Program-made: the position numbers and the translations under genes
Source of the DNA: Candidatus Woesebacteria bacterium
GTDB taxonomy: Bacteria > Patescibacteriota > Microgenomatia > Woykebacterales > 2-01-FULL-43-14
Direction: 5' to 3'
Assembly: GCA_020060105.1 (NCBI GenBank)
Contig: JAGVAV010000002.1
Coordinates: forward strand, 6,186 to 70,185
DNA length: 64,000 nucleotides
The notes under the pieces: model-generated
Seen by the model: the letters and a program-made list of their open reading frames with translations, nothing else
Database searches by the model: none
Told to the model about the DNA's origin: nothing
Shown: positions 27,478-37,247 of the stretch, piece after piece
Layout of the letters: each line of letters begins with the position of its first letter
Position numbering within the stretch: the first letter of the stretch is position 1

Positions 27478-28545
27478 TTATTCCCATATTTCCGTAATGG
27501 ACAGATAGGCCAGTAAATAGCAAATAATTGATTCTGCGCCTTGATTTAAATTTACCCCCTCAGAAGTAAGACCGTCAAAACAGCCCCCTGTCACTTCATC
27601 GTGTAAGGGTATTTCTTTTAGGTTATTTCCATGAAACCAAGAAAACCAAAAAATAGCTTTCTCCTTAAAAATTTTATCCTTGGTGATCTTATAGGCAATA
27701 GAGCTTGCTAACACTAAATAAGCAGGGTCTATGGCTTGCTGGTCATACAAAGCTCTGCTCTTTCCTTTACAGTACCAGCCATTTTGACCGACTGGAGAAG
27801 GCTTTCCGTTCACAGTGCAAACCTCGAATAAAAAGTCCAAACTTTCAGTCGCCACCTTCAAATACTCTTCGTCTTTAGTTGCCAAATAAGAAAGAAGTAG
27901 GGCGTAGGGAAAAACCGCGTTTCCGTAAGTAACTCCTTTTTCAAACCAACGCCACTTGCTGAAGCTGTTTTTCTTAAATAAGGATATCAAATCATTACTT
28001 AAACTAATCAATGACTTTCTAAACTGTTCATTTTGAGGTTCCTTTTGAGACAAAAAGGCTAATCCTAGTAAGGTATATGCTTTAGCTCTAGGGTATGTTA
28101 AATACCTAATGTTTGGTAAAACCTCCGCGGCTAAGTAACTTGACTGGAGAGTGATATCTCTTCTAACCCCGGCAAAGGCCGCAAAACCGAGAGACCAAAA
28201 AGCCCTCCCAAAACAGTCCTGAGATCTGGCTTCATCTAAAAAACGATGGTCAAAGCTGAGAAAATTAAAAAAATCGCCTTCCTCGGTCTTGGCGTGAGAA
28301 ATAAAGGACAGATAAATTAAAGCTAGATCTAAAGTCGTCTGGTTTTTAAACAGTAAATTTAGCCAAACACTCACGACAAATGCGCGAGAATTATCGTCTA
28401 AAGTATAACCAAGTTTACGGTCTGGTACCGCGTATTTTGCATGTTGGATTATTCCGGTGGGAGTTGTAAGTCGCTCCAAGTATCGAATATCGGGGGGTAA
28501 CTTAAAGTTAATGTTTTTGAGATAGTCTTGATATTTAGCTTCCAT
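27478..28545 (-). CDS. Glycosyltransferase-associated six-hairpin glycosidase-like protein
   Basis: GIIQHA..GYTLDDNSRA, WFE..TYGNA, DQQAID, GCFDGL..NQGAES; coupled to the upstream GT4 gene. Confidence 0.75.
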   Translation of the reverse strand: MEAKYQDYLKNINFKLPPDIRYLERLTTPTGIIQHAKYAVPDRKLGYTLDDNSRAFVVSVWLNLLFKNQTTLDLALIYLSFISHAKTEEGDFFNFLSFDHRFLDEARSQDCFGRAFWSLGFAAFAGVRRDITLQSSYLAAEVLPNIRYLTYPRAKAYTLLGLAFLSQKEPQNEQFRKSLISLSNDLISLFKKNSFSKWRWFEKGVTYGNAVFPYALLLSYLATKDEEYLKVATESLDFLFEVCTVNGKPSPVGQNGWYCKGKSRALYDQQAIDPAYLVLASSIAYKITKDKIFKEKAIFWFSWFHGNNLKEIPLHDEVTGGCFDGLTSEGVNLNQGAESIICYLLAYLSITEIWE

Positions 28546-29725
28546 TTTCTTTTGCTACCAAACAAAACAAATCAAGGTGCTTCAAGGCCACGTTAGACCA
28601 AGTCATGTGCCGACCATAACCGTAGGCTTTCCTTTCCATATTTTCTTTAACCGCCAACTCCTCCAAAAGGTTCCTCACAGCCTCTGAAACCGCACCAGAA
28701 TCCCTAAACGGAACTAAGTAACCTCGTCCGTTAGCCAAAGCCTCTTTAGCGTAAACATAGGGAGTGGAAACGCAAGTTTTCCCTGCCCCTATCGCGTAAG
28801 CGAGAGCCCCACTAGTAATTTGTTGAGGATCTAAGTAAGGGGTAATATAAATATCTGTGGCTCTTAAATAAGAAATTAACTCTCCAAGTGGTAGATAACG
28901 ATTAATAAATCTAACGTTTTCTTCAACCTTCAATTCCTTTACCAATTTTTCCAGGTAAAGCCGATACCTCTCACCTTCACTCTTTTGAACTACAGGATGA
29001 GTTTTACCTATAACTAAATACAACACCTTTGGGTGCTTGGCTAGAATTTCTGGCATCGCCTTAATAACGTACTCTACTCCTTTGTTTGAAGATAGTAAAT
29101 TTATTGTTGCTAAAATTGAATAATCCTGCAGATTAAGTGCTACTTTATGAGGCAACGACGGGCCTAAAGGTATATCCGGGACGCCGTGATAAATAGTCAC
29201 AATCTTCCTTTTACTTACTCCGTATATTTTATTTAATCTTTCCGCGGCACAGTGAACCATGACAATAATTGCTTTAGACATACGTGCAACCCTCTCCACA
29301 ACCGCCACCTGTTGAGGATCAGGCTTATCTAAGACAGTATGAAACGTGGTTACAACCGGTCGACGAATTTTTTCCAAAAAAGAAACGATATGTTCACCGT
29401 ACTGCCCGCCGAATAAACCAAATTCGTGCTGAATGCTAACTAACTCTGCTCCCGACTGATTAATATAGTTAGCGGCATCAGAATAACTCTGATTATCGTT
29501 TTGGGCTATTCGAAACTTCACTTCCCAAGGGTAGTCATACTCTGCGTTCAAGTCATTAACAGCCATAATTTCTGCCAAAGCATCTGGGTTCAATTCGTTT
29601 ATTGCCGTAGTCAAATCCTTTGTATAAGTAGCTATCCCACACTGCCTAGGAATGTAACTTGACACATAAATTACTTTTACCTTGCGTTCTTTCTTGTCAA
29701 GCTTTTTTCGATAATATTTAACCAT
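28535..29725 (-). CDS. Glycosyltransferase family 4
   Basis: PRQCGIATY, IQHEFGLFGG, TPY..QITSGALAYA; start ATG 29725. Confidence 0.9.
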   Translation of the reverse strand: MVKYYRKKLDKKERKVKVIYVSSYIPRQCGIATYTKDLTTAINELNPDALAEIMAVNDLNAEYDYPWEVKFRIAQNDNQSYSDAANYINQSGAELVSIQHEFGLFGGQYGEHIVSFLEKIRRPVVTTFHTVLDKPDPQQVAVVERVARMSKAIIVMVHCAAERLNKIYGVSKRKIVTIYHGVPDIPLGPSLPHKVALNLQDYSILATINLLSSNKGVEYVIKAMPEILAKHPKVLYLVIGKTHPVVQKSEGERYRLYLEKLVKELKVEENVRFINRYLPLGELISYLRATDIYITPYLDPQQITSGALAYAIGAGKTCVSTPYVYAKEALANGRGYLVPFRDSGAVSEAVRNLLEELAVKENMERKAYGYGRHMTWSNVALKHLDLFCLVAKENGS

Positions 29726-29852
29726 GATATGTATAATACTACTTTGTAGCAAATCTTTCAAGATAAGTCCTGTCTAGTCGTGGGTCCGAAAAAATGTACT
29801 AAACCCCCCGTTAAACCTCTTGACAGGGTCAAAAATTTATGAGATTATAAAT

Positions 29853-30040
29853 AGGTAAGGTATTGGCTGAAAGGTCGATAGCTTGAGGAACCCAACGGGG
29901 AGTACGTTAACAATTTGCCCCACTCTCCAAGTCCATAAACCTCTACTTGCTAGAGTTAGTTGGGCTTCCTTTAAGAAACTTTGAAATAAAAACAACCGTA
30001 ACATATTTGAACCCCTAGTCCGAGGACTAGGGGTTCTTTA
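29853..30040 (+). ncRNA. Candidate structured ncRNA of unknown family
   Basis: TTGACA-17-GATTAT promoter; GAAA-tetraloop hairpin; three-way junction; 13-bp terminator stem; no ORF. Confidence 0.6.
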
Positions 30041-30097
30041 ATTATCGAGACTAAGACAAGGTTACTTTGTGTTGATTGTCTGCGTGTCAGCAGTCTT

Positions 30098-31240
30098 TTA
30101 TCTTTTCGCGTAAACCTTCTCAAAAACACTTAGCGTTTCTGCCGCACACTTATCCCAAGAGAATGTTTTCACTCGTTTAAGTCCCTTTGACCTCAAAACG
30201 TTTCTCAGGTTATTGTCCGTTACAACTCGATAAAGAGCGGCGGCAATATCGTCAACGTCGTAGGGGTTCACTAAAATCACCGCCTCCCCTCCAACTTCCG
30301 GGAGGCTGGAAACATTCGAAGTAACCACAGGACACTCACACGCCATCGCTTCCAACACAGGCAACCCGAAACCCTCAAATAAGCTAGGTAGAACAAGCGC
30401 TTCTGCTGATGAATATAGTATTGGTAGATCTTCGTCCGTCACGTAATTAACAAACTTAACCTTATCCGCCAAGTTGAGCTTCTCAGGAAGTTTATATATC
30501 TCCTCGTTTAACCACCCTGACTTACCAACTAGTACCAAATCAATACCAGCTTTCTTTCCCGCCAACAAAGAGTAAGCCTTAATTAAACGTACTAAATTTT
30601 TCCGCGGTTGGATTGTTCCCACAAAAAGGAGGTACTTCTCACCTAATCCGTACTTTAACTTAACCTCCTTTTTCTTACCTGGATCTTTAACCGGTTTAAA
30701 CAAGCTATCATCAAAACCCTCGTGTATCACCGTCACCCTCTCCGGATCGATAGAAAACCGACTCAGTAAATTCTTCTTTGTGAACTCTGAAACAGCAATT
30801 ATATGCGTAGCAAAACGAGTCGCGTAACCAGTCGACCAGTTTAAATAAAATTTACTGGTAAAATTACGCCTATCCTCGTTACCTAAATCATGAATAGTAA
30901 CAATCGTCTTTAACGCGGGCTTACGAATCACTGGTAACGCATGTGCGGGGACAAATAGAACGTCTGGAGGATAAACTAAACATTCCGCCGCCAACCCTAA
31001 TTGTGTCCATAATCTTGGCAACTTAATTAATCGAGTGCTAACATTGCTCAGCTTGTTAGAAACTTCACTCACAACCTGTAACTTCTCTAGGAAGGGGTCG
31101 TCACAATAAGGGCTTAAATAGAGAATGAAATGATTCCTTTTGTCTATCTTAATCAAAGACTTGACTAAATTGTAACTGTAGTTTTCTGTACCCGTCCGTT
31201 CTCGAGTAAACGCACGGCTTGCATCAATCCCAACACGCAT
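30098..31240 (-). CDS. Glycosyltransferase family 4
   Basis: GTIQPRKN, EGFGLPVLEAMAC, SSLPEV. Confidence 0.93.
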   Translation of the reverse strand: MRVGIDASRAFTRERTGTENYSYNLVKSLIKIDKRNHFILYLSPYCDDPFLEKLQVVSEVSNKLSNVSTRLIKLPRLWTQLGLAAECLVYPPDVLFVPAHALPVIRKPALKTIVTIHDLGNEDRRNFTSKFYLNWSTGYATRFATHIIAVSEFTKKNLLSRFSIDPERVTVIHEGFDDSLFKPVKDPGKKKEVKLKYGLGEKYLLFVGTIQPRKNLVRLIKAYSLLAGKKAGIDLVLVGKSGWLNEEIYKLPEKLNLADKVKFVNYVTDEDLPILYSSAEALVLPSLFEGFGLPVLEAMACECPVVTSNVSSLPEVGGEAVILVNPYDVDDIAAALYRVVTDNNLRNVLRSKGLKRVKTFSWDKCAAETLSVFEKVYAKR

Positions 31241-31255
31241 ATAAGCATAGATTAA

Positions 31256-32260
31256 CTATTTCTTACTAATACTTCTTTTATACAAACTGATATTTTCTAG
31301 AGCAACCCCTGTACCATAAACGACGCACAAAAGCGGGTTCTCAGCGACATAACAAGATACACCGGTAACATTAGTAAATAATTTATCCAAATTTCTCAAC
31401 AGCGAAGTTCCTCCGCTCATCACAATACCTTTATCAATTATGTCTGAGGCTAACTCTGGAGGAGTTTGTTCTAATACTCCCCTCACGGCATCAACAATAG
31501 CGTTCAAGGGGGTACTAATTGCCTGAGTTACTTCTGTTGAGGATAACTCAATCACTCGAGGTAAGCCGGCGATACTGTCTCTCCCGCGAACATCCATTTT
31601 TACTTCTTCTGGTAGCAGCACGGCACTGCCAATGTTAATTTTGATTTCTTCGGCCATTCTTTCCCCAATGATTAAGTTATACTTTCTCCTGACGTAAGCC
31701 GTAATGGCCTCATCAATTTTATTACCGCCAACGCGAACTGAATTATGAACCACTACCCCACCTAAAGAAATGACAGCCGTTTCCGTAGAACCACCACCGA
31801 TATCAACAATCATGTTACCTGAAGGAGCGGCGATAGGAATCCCCGCCCCGATCGCTGCTGCTAAAGGTTCGTCTATTAGGTAAGCCGTTTTGGCTCCTGC
31901 CGAAAGAGTGGCGTCAAGAACAGCTCGGCGCTCCACTGAAGTAACACCAGCGGGCACGCAAATCATCACCTCAGGTTTAAACAGTCGTGAATGGCCACAC
32001 ACTTTATCAATAAAATAATGCAGCATCGCTTCCGTCACGACGTAGTCCGCAATCACTCCGTCCCTCATAGGACGAGATGCAGTTATCCCTTCGGGAGTCC
32101 TCCCTAACATTTCCTTCGCTTCATTGCCAACTGCCATCACCTTTCCATCCTCAGTATTTATTGCCACAACAGTCGGCTCATTAAGCACAACACCTTTGTT
32201 TTCTAGAAAAACAAGCGAATTAGCTGTTCCTAAATCAATGCCCAAACGTTTACCAAACAT
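31256..32260 (-). CDS. mreB: Second MreB paralog (MreB/Mbl)
   Basis: [27 protein letters not shown]. Confidence 0.95.
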   Translation of the reverse strand: MFGKRLGIDLGTANSLVFLENKGVVLNEPTVVAINTEDGKVMAVGNEAKEMLGRTPEGITASRPMRDGVIADYVVTEAMLHYFIDKVCGHSRLFKPEVMICVPAGVTSVERRAVLDATLSAGAKTAYLIDEPLAAAIGAGIPIAAPSGNMIVDIGGGSTETAVISLGGVVVHNSVRVGGNKIDEAITAYVRRKYNLIIGERMAEEIKINIGSAVLLPEEVKMDVRGRDSIAGLPRVIELSSTEVTQAISTPLNAIVDAVRGVLEQTPPELASDIIDKGIVMSGGTSLLRNLDKLFTNVTGVSCYVAENPLLCVVYGTGVALENISLYKRSISKK

Positions 32261-32397
32261 AACTTAATTATAACAATCATTAAAACACTCGTAAATTGTT
32301 TTTTCACTAAAAACATCAGTAAGAATCAAAGTTTCACAAACCCAACCACCAGTGTCGCTTGCTTAAAACTGAAATTTCTGATAAAATGGCTAACTAT

Positions 32398-33498
32398 ATG
32401 GACCAAAAGTTCCTCTTTTTCGTAATCGTATTTTCAATTATCAGCATCACTGCAACAATCCTAATATTTTTCGCCAAAGGCTATAAAATTGATTTAGTCA
32501 ATAAGACTTTAGAACAAACGGGAATGATTGCCGTCATCTCAAATCCTCAGGGAGCCTCAATATACTTAAACAACCATCTTATCAGTGCCACAAACTACAC
32601 AATTTCTAACCTTAGTCCGGGTGAATACGTAGTGAAAGTTGTGAAAGAAGGCTATGCAAGTTGGGAAAAAAGAGTTGAAGTAAAACCGCAAGTGGTGACC
32701 CCTTTAGAAATCACTCTCTTCCCTGCAGTTCCTGAATTAAGACCCCTAACTTACACTGGAGTAGGTGACCCAAAGATTTCCTTTGATGGAACTAAAGTTG
32801 CCTACAAAGTCAAAAACGGGGAAAAGTCTGGGCTCTGGGTACTCGATCTGGCGGATAAACCATTGATTTTTTCTCGTGATCCTAAGCAAATTGCTAGGGA
32901 TACTAAGACTCTAGCTTTTTCGGAAAGTACTTTTGAATGGGCGCCTGATAACAAAACGATTCTTTCTACTCTACAAGAAGAAGGGAAAAAAGAGGAAGCG
33001 TTTACTCGAAACTACTTACTTAATATTGATCAATTAAATAACGACCGACTCTATGATGTAACGCCAACAATCGAGAGCACGAAAAGGAATTGGGAAGAAG
33101 ATAGAGAATTAAAAAACAAAGATCGATTAAGCCGCGTTAACGAAGAGGGAATCAGTCTAGCAGAAGGTTGCGACATAAAATGGTCCCCAGACGAAACTAA
33201 ATTTATTGCTGTAAATGAGGAAAAGAGAACTATATTTGACACTAAAAATAATAAGTCTTATTCTTTACCTGCAGCTAATAACTACACCTGGTTTCCGGAT
33301 AGTAAGCATATTATCCTAGTTAAACAAGATGTTATTAGCATTATCGAATCAGACGGAACCAATGAAATGGTAATATACAACGGCAATTTCGACCAACAAG
33401 TCGTTTTTCCCTGGCCAAATGGGAGTAAGCTAATTATTGCGGCCAACTTTAATACTACGGCAAGCCTAAACCTCTACACAATCAACCTAAAACCTTAA
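32398..33498 (+). CDS. Membrane-anchored PEGA domain protein with TolB-like beta-propeller repeats
   Basis: N-terminal TM, SNPQGASIYLN..LSPGEY.V..KEGY (PEGA), WAPD/WSPD/WFPD repeats; start placed downstream of TTGCTT-17-TAAAAT. Confidence 0.8.
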   Translation: MDQKFLFFVIVFSIISITATILIFFAKGYKIDLVNKTLEQTGMIAVISNPQGASIYLNNHLISATNYTISNLSPGEYVVKVVKEGYASWEKRVEVKPQVVTPLEITLFPAVPELRPLTYTGVGDPKISFDGTKVAYKVKNGEKSGLWVLDLADKPLIFSRDPKQIARDTKTLAFSESTFEWAPDNKTILSTLQEEGKKEEAFTRNYLLNIDQLNNDRLYDVTPTIESTKRNWEEDRELKNKDRLSRVNEEGISLAEGCDIKWSPDETKFIAVNEEKRTIFDTKNNKSYSLPAANNYTWFPDSKHIILVKQDVISIIESDGTNEMVIYNGNFDQQVVFPWPNGSKLIIAANFNTTASLNLYTINLKP

Positions 33499-34184
33499 TT
33501 AGCCAGTTTAGCTGTTACTATCAACCTCCTAAAATTAGTTCCAGGCGGGTCACAAGTCTGCAAGGTTAATATTGGCTCCGAAGAAGGTTCTGTTAGGTAC
33601 TTCGTATCCGTAGCTTCAACTATCTTTTTCTCGGTAACAAGATAATCATACCGCTGCCCTTGGTAAAAGGTCACTACTCGGTCCCCCTTTTCCAATTTGT
33701 TAAGTAACGTAAACAAAGTCGCATAAGGGCCCATTTGCCAAAAATTTAGGGTGGAGTGCGCAAAAATAAAAACATTATTATTTTGATTTTCTTTAGAACC
33801 TGGAAGGGCTGTGCCTTTAGCGTGAGCGGCCCCACTTCTTAGCGCTTGCATGTACTCAGTGTAGTTAGCACTGTCCACATTCTTCACCACCGGAGCGTTA
33901 ACGTTAATCTTCTCAACGACCAAACCAAAATCTCTAGAAACAGGAACTATTGAAATAGGCCTCGGTTGAGAAAGTAAGTTCCCAAAACCTCTACCCACAT
34001 TTGTTTCATCTCCACTCTCTTCAGAAATAACATACTGCTGGCCTCTTAACTTATCCCAGTAGAAACGAAACTCCATTCCCACCAACGGCCAAAAGGTAAG
34101 AAAAGTAAATATAATCCCAAGCATTATTAAAGTATTTGCAATAGTTCTAACTAATACAAAGGTTATGTAGCGTCTTCTCGCCAT
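33495..34184 (-). CDS. Sortase (class D/E-like)
   Basis: N-terminal TM, IFAHS (His), TLQTC (Cys), downstream Arg. Confidence 0.92.
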   Translation of the reverse strand: MARRRYITFVLVRTIANTLIMLGIIFTFLTFWPLVGMEFRFYWDKLRGQQYVISEESGDETNVGRGFGNLLSQPRPISIVPVSRDFGLVVEKINVNAPVVKNVDSANYTEYMQALRSGAAHAKGTALPGSKENQNNNVFIFAHSTLNFWQMGPYATLFTLLNKLEKGDRVVTFYQGQRYDYLVTEKKIVEATDTKYLTEPSSEPILTLQTCDPPGTNFRRLIVTAKLAN

Positions 34185-34194
34185 AAAGCCTCCG

Positions 34195-34273
34195 TGGCGC
34201 CCCTGGAGGGAATCGAACCCCCGACAAACATCCCTTAGGACGGGACTGCTCTAATCCGCTGAGCTACAGGGGC
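34195..34273 (-). tRNA. tRNA-Arg(CCT)
   Basis: GCCCCTG acceptor, GTCCTAA loop, GTTCGATT, GCCA end. Confidence 0.9.
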
Positions 34274-34404
34274 GAACATAGTAAGTTTTTCGACAAGACC
34301 TGTTCACAAAAGCGATTAAGGATTATACTAAAATTTAGTTAAAATTGCAAAGGACAGCTTTAAATGCTAAAATTAACTTTTATTGACTATGGTAACTTGT
34401 AATC

Positions 34405-34479
34405 CGGGGACTAGCTCAGGGGTAGAGCGCTCGGTTCGGGACCGAGAGGCCCGCGGTTCAAATCCGCGGTCCCCGACCA
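34405..34479 (+). tRNA. tRNA-Pro(CGG)
   Basis: CGGGGAC acceptor, TTCGGGA loop, ACCA end. Confidence 0.95.
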
Positions 34480-34484
34480 AGAAG

Positions 34485-35066
34485 TTATTCGAACATAACG
34501 CCTTCTTCGGCCCTAGTATAAGAATGTATCTCTTCTTTCTTAAACCAGTGGTTAATTTCCCTTTCCGCTTCTGAAACATCCCCCGAAGCATGGATAAGGT
34601 TTTTCACCGCTCTTTTTCGAGAATTGGCTAAAGCCGGCGAGTCCAAACTAAAGTCACCTCTGATCGTCCCTGGCGCAGCAAAGGTAGGAATAGTATTACC
34701 CGTTAGCATTCTCACGTTATCAATCGCATGATTTCCCTCAAGAACAATTGCCAACACCGGACCGGAGGAAATAAAGTCTGCGTTCCACTGTCTTATCATT
34801 TTCCCTATCTCCAGGGGATCTTTAGTTCCAACGTATTTTATCGGATCCAAACCATATTCTGCATAAGTCTTTAAACTTTTCTCCCCCATCATCCGCATGT
34901 GCTCGTCGGTGGTTGGGTAATGCTTCATAGCGTGATCTCGGTCAGACCAAACCATTTTCATGCCGACTATTTTTAAGCCAGCACGTTCGTAGCGGTGTAA
35001 AATCTCTCCGATAAGACCCCTTTTAATCCCGTCGGGCTTAATTAGAACTAATGTTCTTTCAACCAT
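34485..35066 (-). CDS. ndk: Nucleoside diphosphate kinase
   Basis: ERTLVLIKPDG, PGTIRGDF, NLIHAS. Confidence 0.96.
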   Translation of the reverse strand: MVERTLVLIKPDGIKRGLIGEILHRYERAGLKIVGMKMVWSDRDHAMKHYPTTDEHMRMMGEKSLKTYAEYGLDPIKYVGTKDPLEIGKMIRQWNADFISSGPVLAIVLEGNHAIDNVRMLTGNTIPTFAAPGTIRGDFSLDSPALANSRKRAVKNLIHASGDVSEAEREINHWFKKEEIHSYTRAEEGVMFE

Positions 35067-35076
35067 TCTTTCTCCT

Positions 35077-36342
35077 TTAAAATTTCAACAATCTTAAATA
35101 GCTATCTTCGTTTTTATAAGGCCCAATGATTGCCAGATTTAACATCTCCTGTTTAAAGATGTCCTTTCCTACTTTCAAAACGTCGCTAGCCGTAACCTTA
35201 TTAATACCTGTGATTATTTCCTCTGGGGTTCTGACTTTTTTTTCTAAAAGCTCGTGTAAGGAGTAAATTAAAGAAACTTCCTTTGAATCCTCCAATTCTA
35301 AAATCAGTTTCCCTTTTAGGTTCTCCTTTGCTTTACTTAATTCTAACTCAGGAACAGCCTCGCTGGCAATCCTTACAAACTCTGCAATAATTAACTTAAT
35401 TGCTTCTTCCACCTTGCTTAATTCCACACCTGCTTGAACCATCAAATTACCTGTATCTAAATACTCATCGACACTTGAACGAACATAGTAAGCCAGCCCG
35501 CGTCTTTCTCTTAAGGAAATAAATAGTCGGGAACTCATTACCCCTCCTAAAATGTTATTAAGCACCATTAAAGAGTAATGATTTGGGTGATCTATCGGAT
35601 ATGCGGGCACTCCCAAAGCCAAATGGGCTTGTTCCGTTTCTTTAAAGTGTACCTTTATCCTTGGTTGGGATTGACTTAAACTCACTTTTTCAAACATTGG
35701 AACGTCGCCGCGATCTAAAGAACCAAAGTGTCCGTCTATCAAAAGTTTAATTTCCTCTTCCTTAATGTCTCCCGCCACACCGACAACAATGTTATTAGGC
35801 ACATAAAAGGATTTAAAATAATTAATAAAGCTGCCTCTATCAATACCGCGAACAGAGCCTTCATTTCCCGCAATATCCCAACCCAAAGGATTGCCATCAT
35901 AAAGTAGAGATTCAAAAATCGTCCCAACGTAACGCATAGGAGTATCCTTATACATTCTAATTTCTTCTAGAATCACTCCTCTTTCTCGATTTATTTCTTC
36001 GGTGTCAAATTTTGAATTCAAAACCATATCTGATAATACTTCAAGCGCTAACGGAAGGTGGTTGCTAGCCACTTTTATGTAAAAACCGGTATACTCTTTC
36101 GAAGTAAACGCGTTAAAGTCTCCTCCGATGCCGTCCACCGTACTTGAAATATCGAAAGTCGTTGGCCTTTTAGTCGTCCCCTTAAAAAACATATGTTCCG
36201 CAAAATGGGAAATACCGCTAGTTTCCTTACTCTCATACCTCGAACCCGCCCCTGCTAAAATCAGAATATTTGCGGACTTTACCTCCGGCATAGGGAACGT
36301 AATAACCCTAAGACCATTAACCAAAATGTCTTTTTGATGCAT
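35077..36342 (-). CDS. M16 family zinc peptidase
   Basis: HFAEH (HxxEH), NAFTS, SSRLF..RERRGLAY. Confidence 0.95.
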   Translation of the reverse strand: MHQKDILVNGLRVITFPMPEVKSANILILAGAGSRYESKETSGISHFAEHMFFKGTTKRPTTFDISSTVDGIGGDFNAFTSKEYTGFYIKVASNHLPLALEVLSDMVLNSKFDTEEINRERGVILEEIRMYKDTPMRYVGTIFESLLYDGNPLGWDIAGNEGSVRGIDRGSFINYFKSFYVPNNIVVGVAGDIKEEEIKLLIDGHFGSLDRGDVPMFEKVSLSQSQPRIKVHFKETEQAHLALGVPAYPIDHPNHYSLMVLNNILGGVMSSRLFISLRERRGLAYYVRSSVDEYLDTGNLMVQAGVELSKVEEAIKLIIAEFVRIASEAVPELELSKAKENLKGKLILELEDSKEVSLIYSLHELLEKKVRTPEEIITGINKVTASDVLKVGKDIFKQEMLNLAIIGPYKNEDSYLRLLKF

Positions 36343-36347
36343 AAATT

Positions 36348-37247
36348 TTATTCCTCTATTACAATTTCCTCAACCTTGTAATCCCCACCTTTATAAACAG
36401 TAACTAAGTTAAAACGAGGGACCTGGAGATTACGACTGCTAGTAACGGCCCCGACTATATACATCTTAACACCACTCACAGGCTCCGTAAAGTTAGAAGA
36501 AAAATGGTGATCGCCTGCAAAAACCCCTTTAACCTTATATTTACTAAATAATTCCAACACTAGATCCACTTCTTTCTTCACTTCTGAATTCATTCCCCCC
36601 TTTTCCCAAATAGTTCTATTATTAGTTGGATGATAAAGAGGTAGGTGCATAAAGGCAAATATCATTTTTCCTTCGTTTCCAATCAAATCTTTTCTTAACC
36701 AATTTAGTTGAGCTTCTCCAAGACCTAGTTTAGTATCAGACGTGTTTAATAGAACGACATGAACCCCACGCTCATCGAACGATCCGTAAGGCGCGCCAAA
36801 AATCTTTTCAAAATTGGCTACTCCACTCGAGGCCCATAAGTCGTGATCTCCAGGCACAGTTTGATATACAACACCACTTTTATCGATAATTTCCTTTGAT
36901 TCCTCCAGTTCTTTTTGCGTACCTACTTGGGTCCAGTCCCCTAAGTGTATTACAAAGTCAGATTCTACTTCTTTAACCTTCTCAAGAGCTTTACTAAGAT
37001 AGTTTAAGTCATTGTGGGAGTCAGTCAGAACACTAAACTTCGCCAAAACCTCTTTGCTAGGTTCCACGCTTTCACCACTTCCCAAAGGTATCACTTTATC
37101 CCCAACAGCAAATTGAAGGTTTTTAAGAAAAAACGGTAGGCTAAATCCTTTTGGGTCAACGCCAGTAAAATAGCTTAAAGCATAGTATAAACCGCCTAAT
37201 AATAAAAAAACTATTATTAAAAATAAAACTTTCTTGATAAATCTCAT
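36348..37247 (-). CDS. Membrane-anchored calcineurin-like metallophosphoesterase
   Basis: TDSH, LGD, PGDHD, MHLP, GDHH. Confidence 0.9.
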   Translation of the reverse strand: MRFIKKVLFLIIVFLLLGGLYYALSYFTGVDPKGFSLPFFLKNLQFAVGDKVIPLGSGESVEPSKEVLAKFSVLTDSHNDLNYLSKALEKVKEVESDFVIHLGDWTQVGTQKELEESKEIIDKSGVVYQTVPGDHDLWASSGVANFEKIFGAPYGSFDERGVHVVLLNTSDTKLGLGEAQLNWLRKDLIGNEGKMIFAFMHLPLYHPTNNRTIWEKGGMNSEVKKEVDLVLELFSKYKVKGVFAGDHHFSSNFTEPVSGVKMYIVGAVTSSRNLQVPRFNLVTVYKGGDYKVEEIVIEE

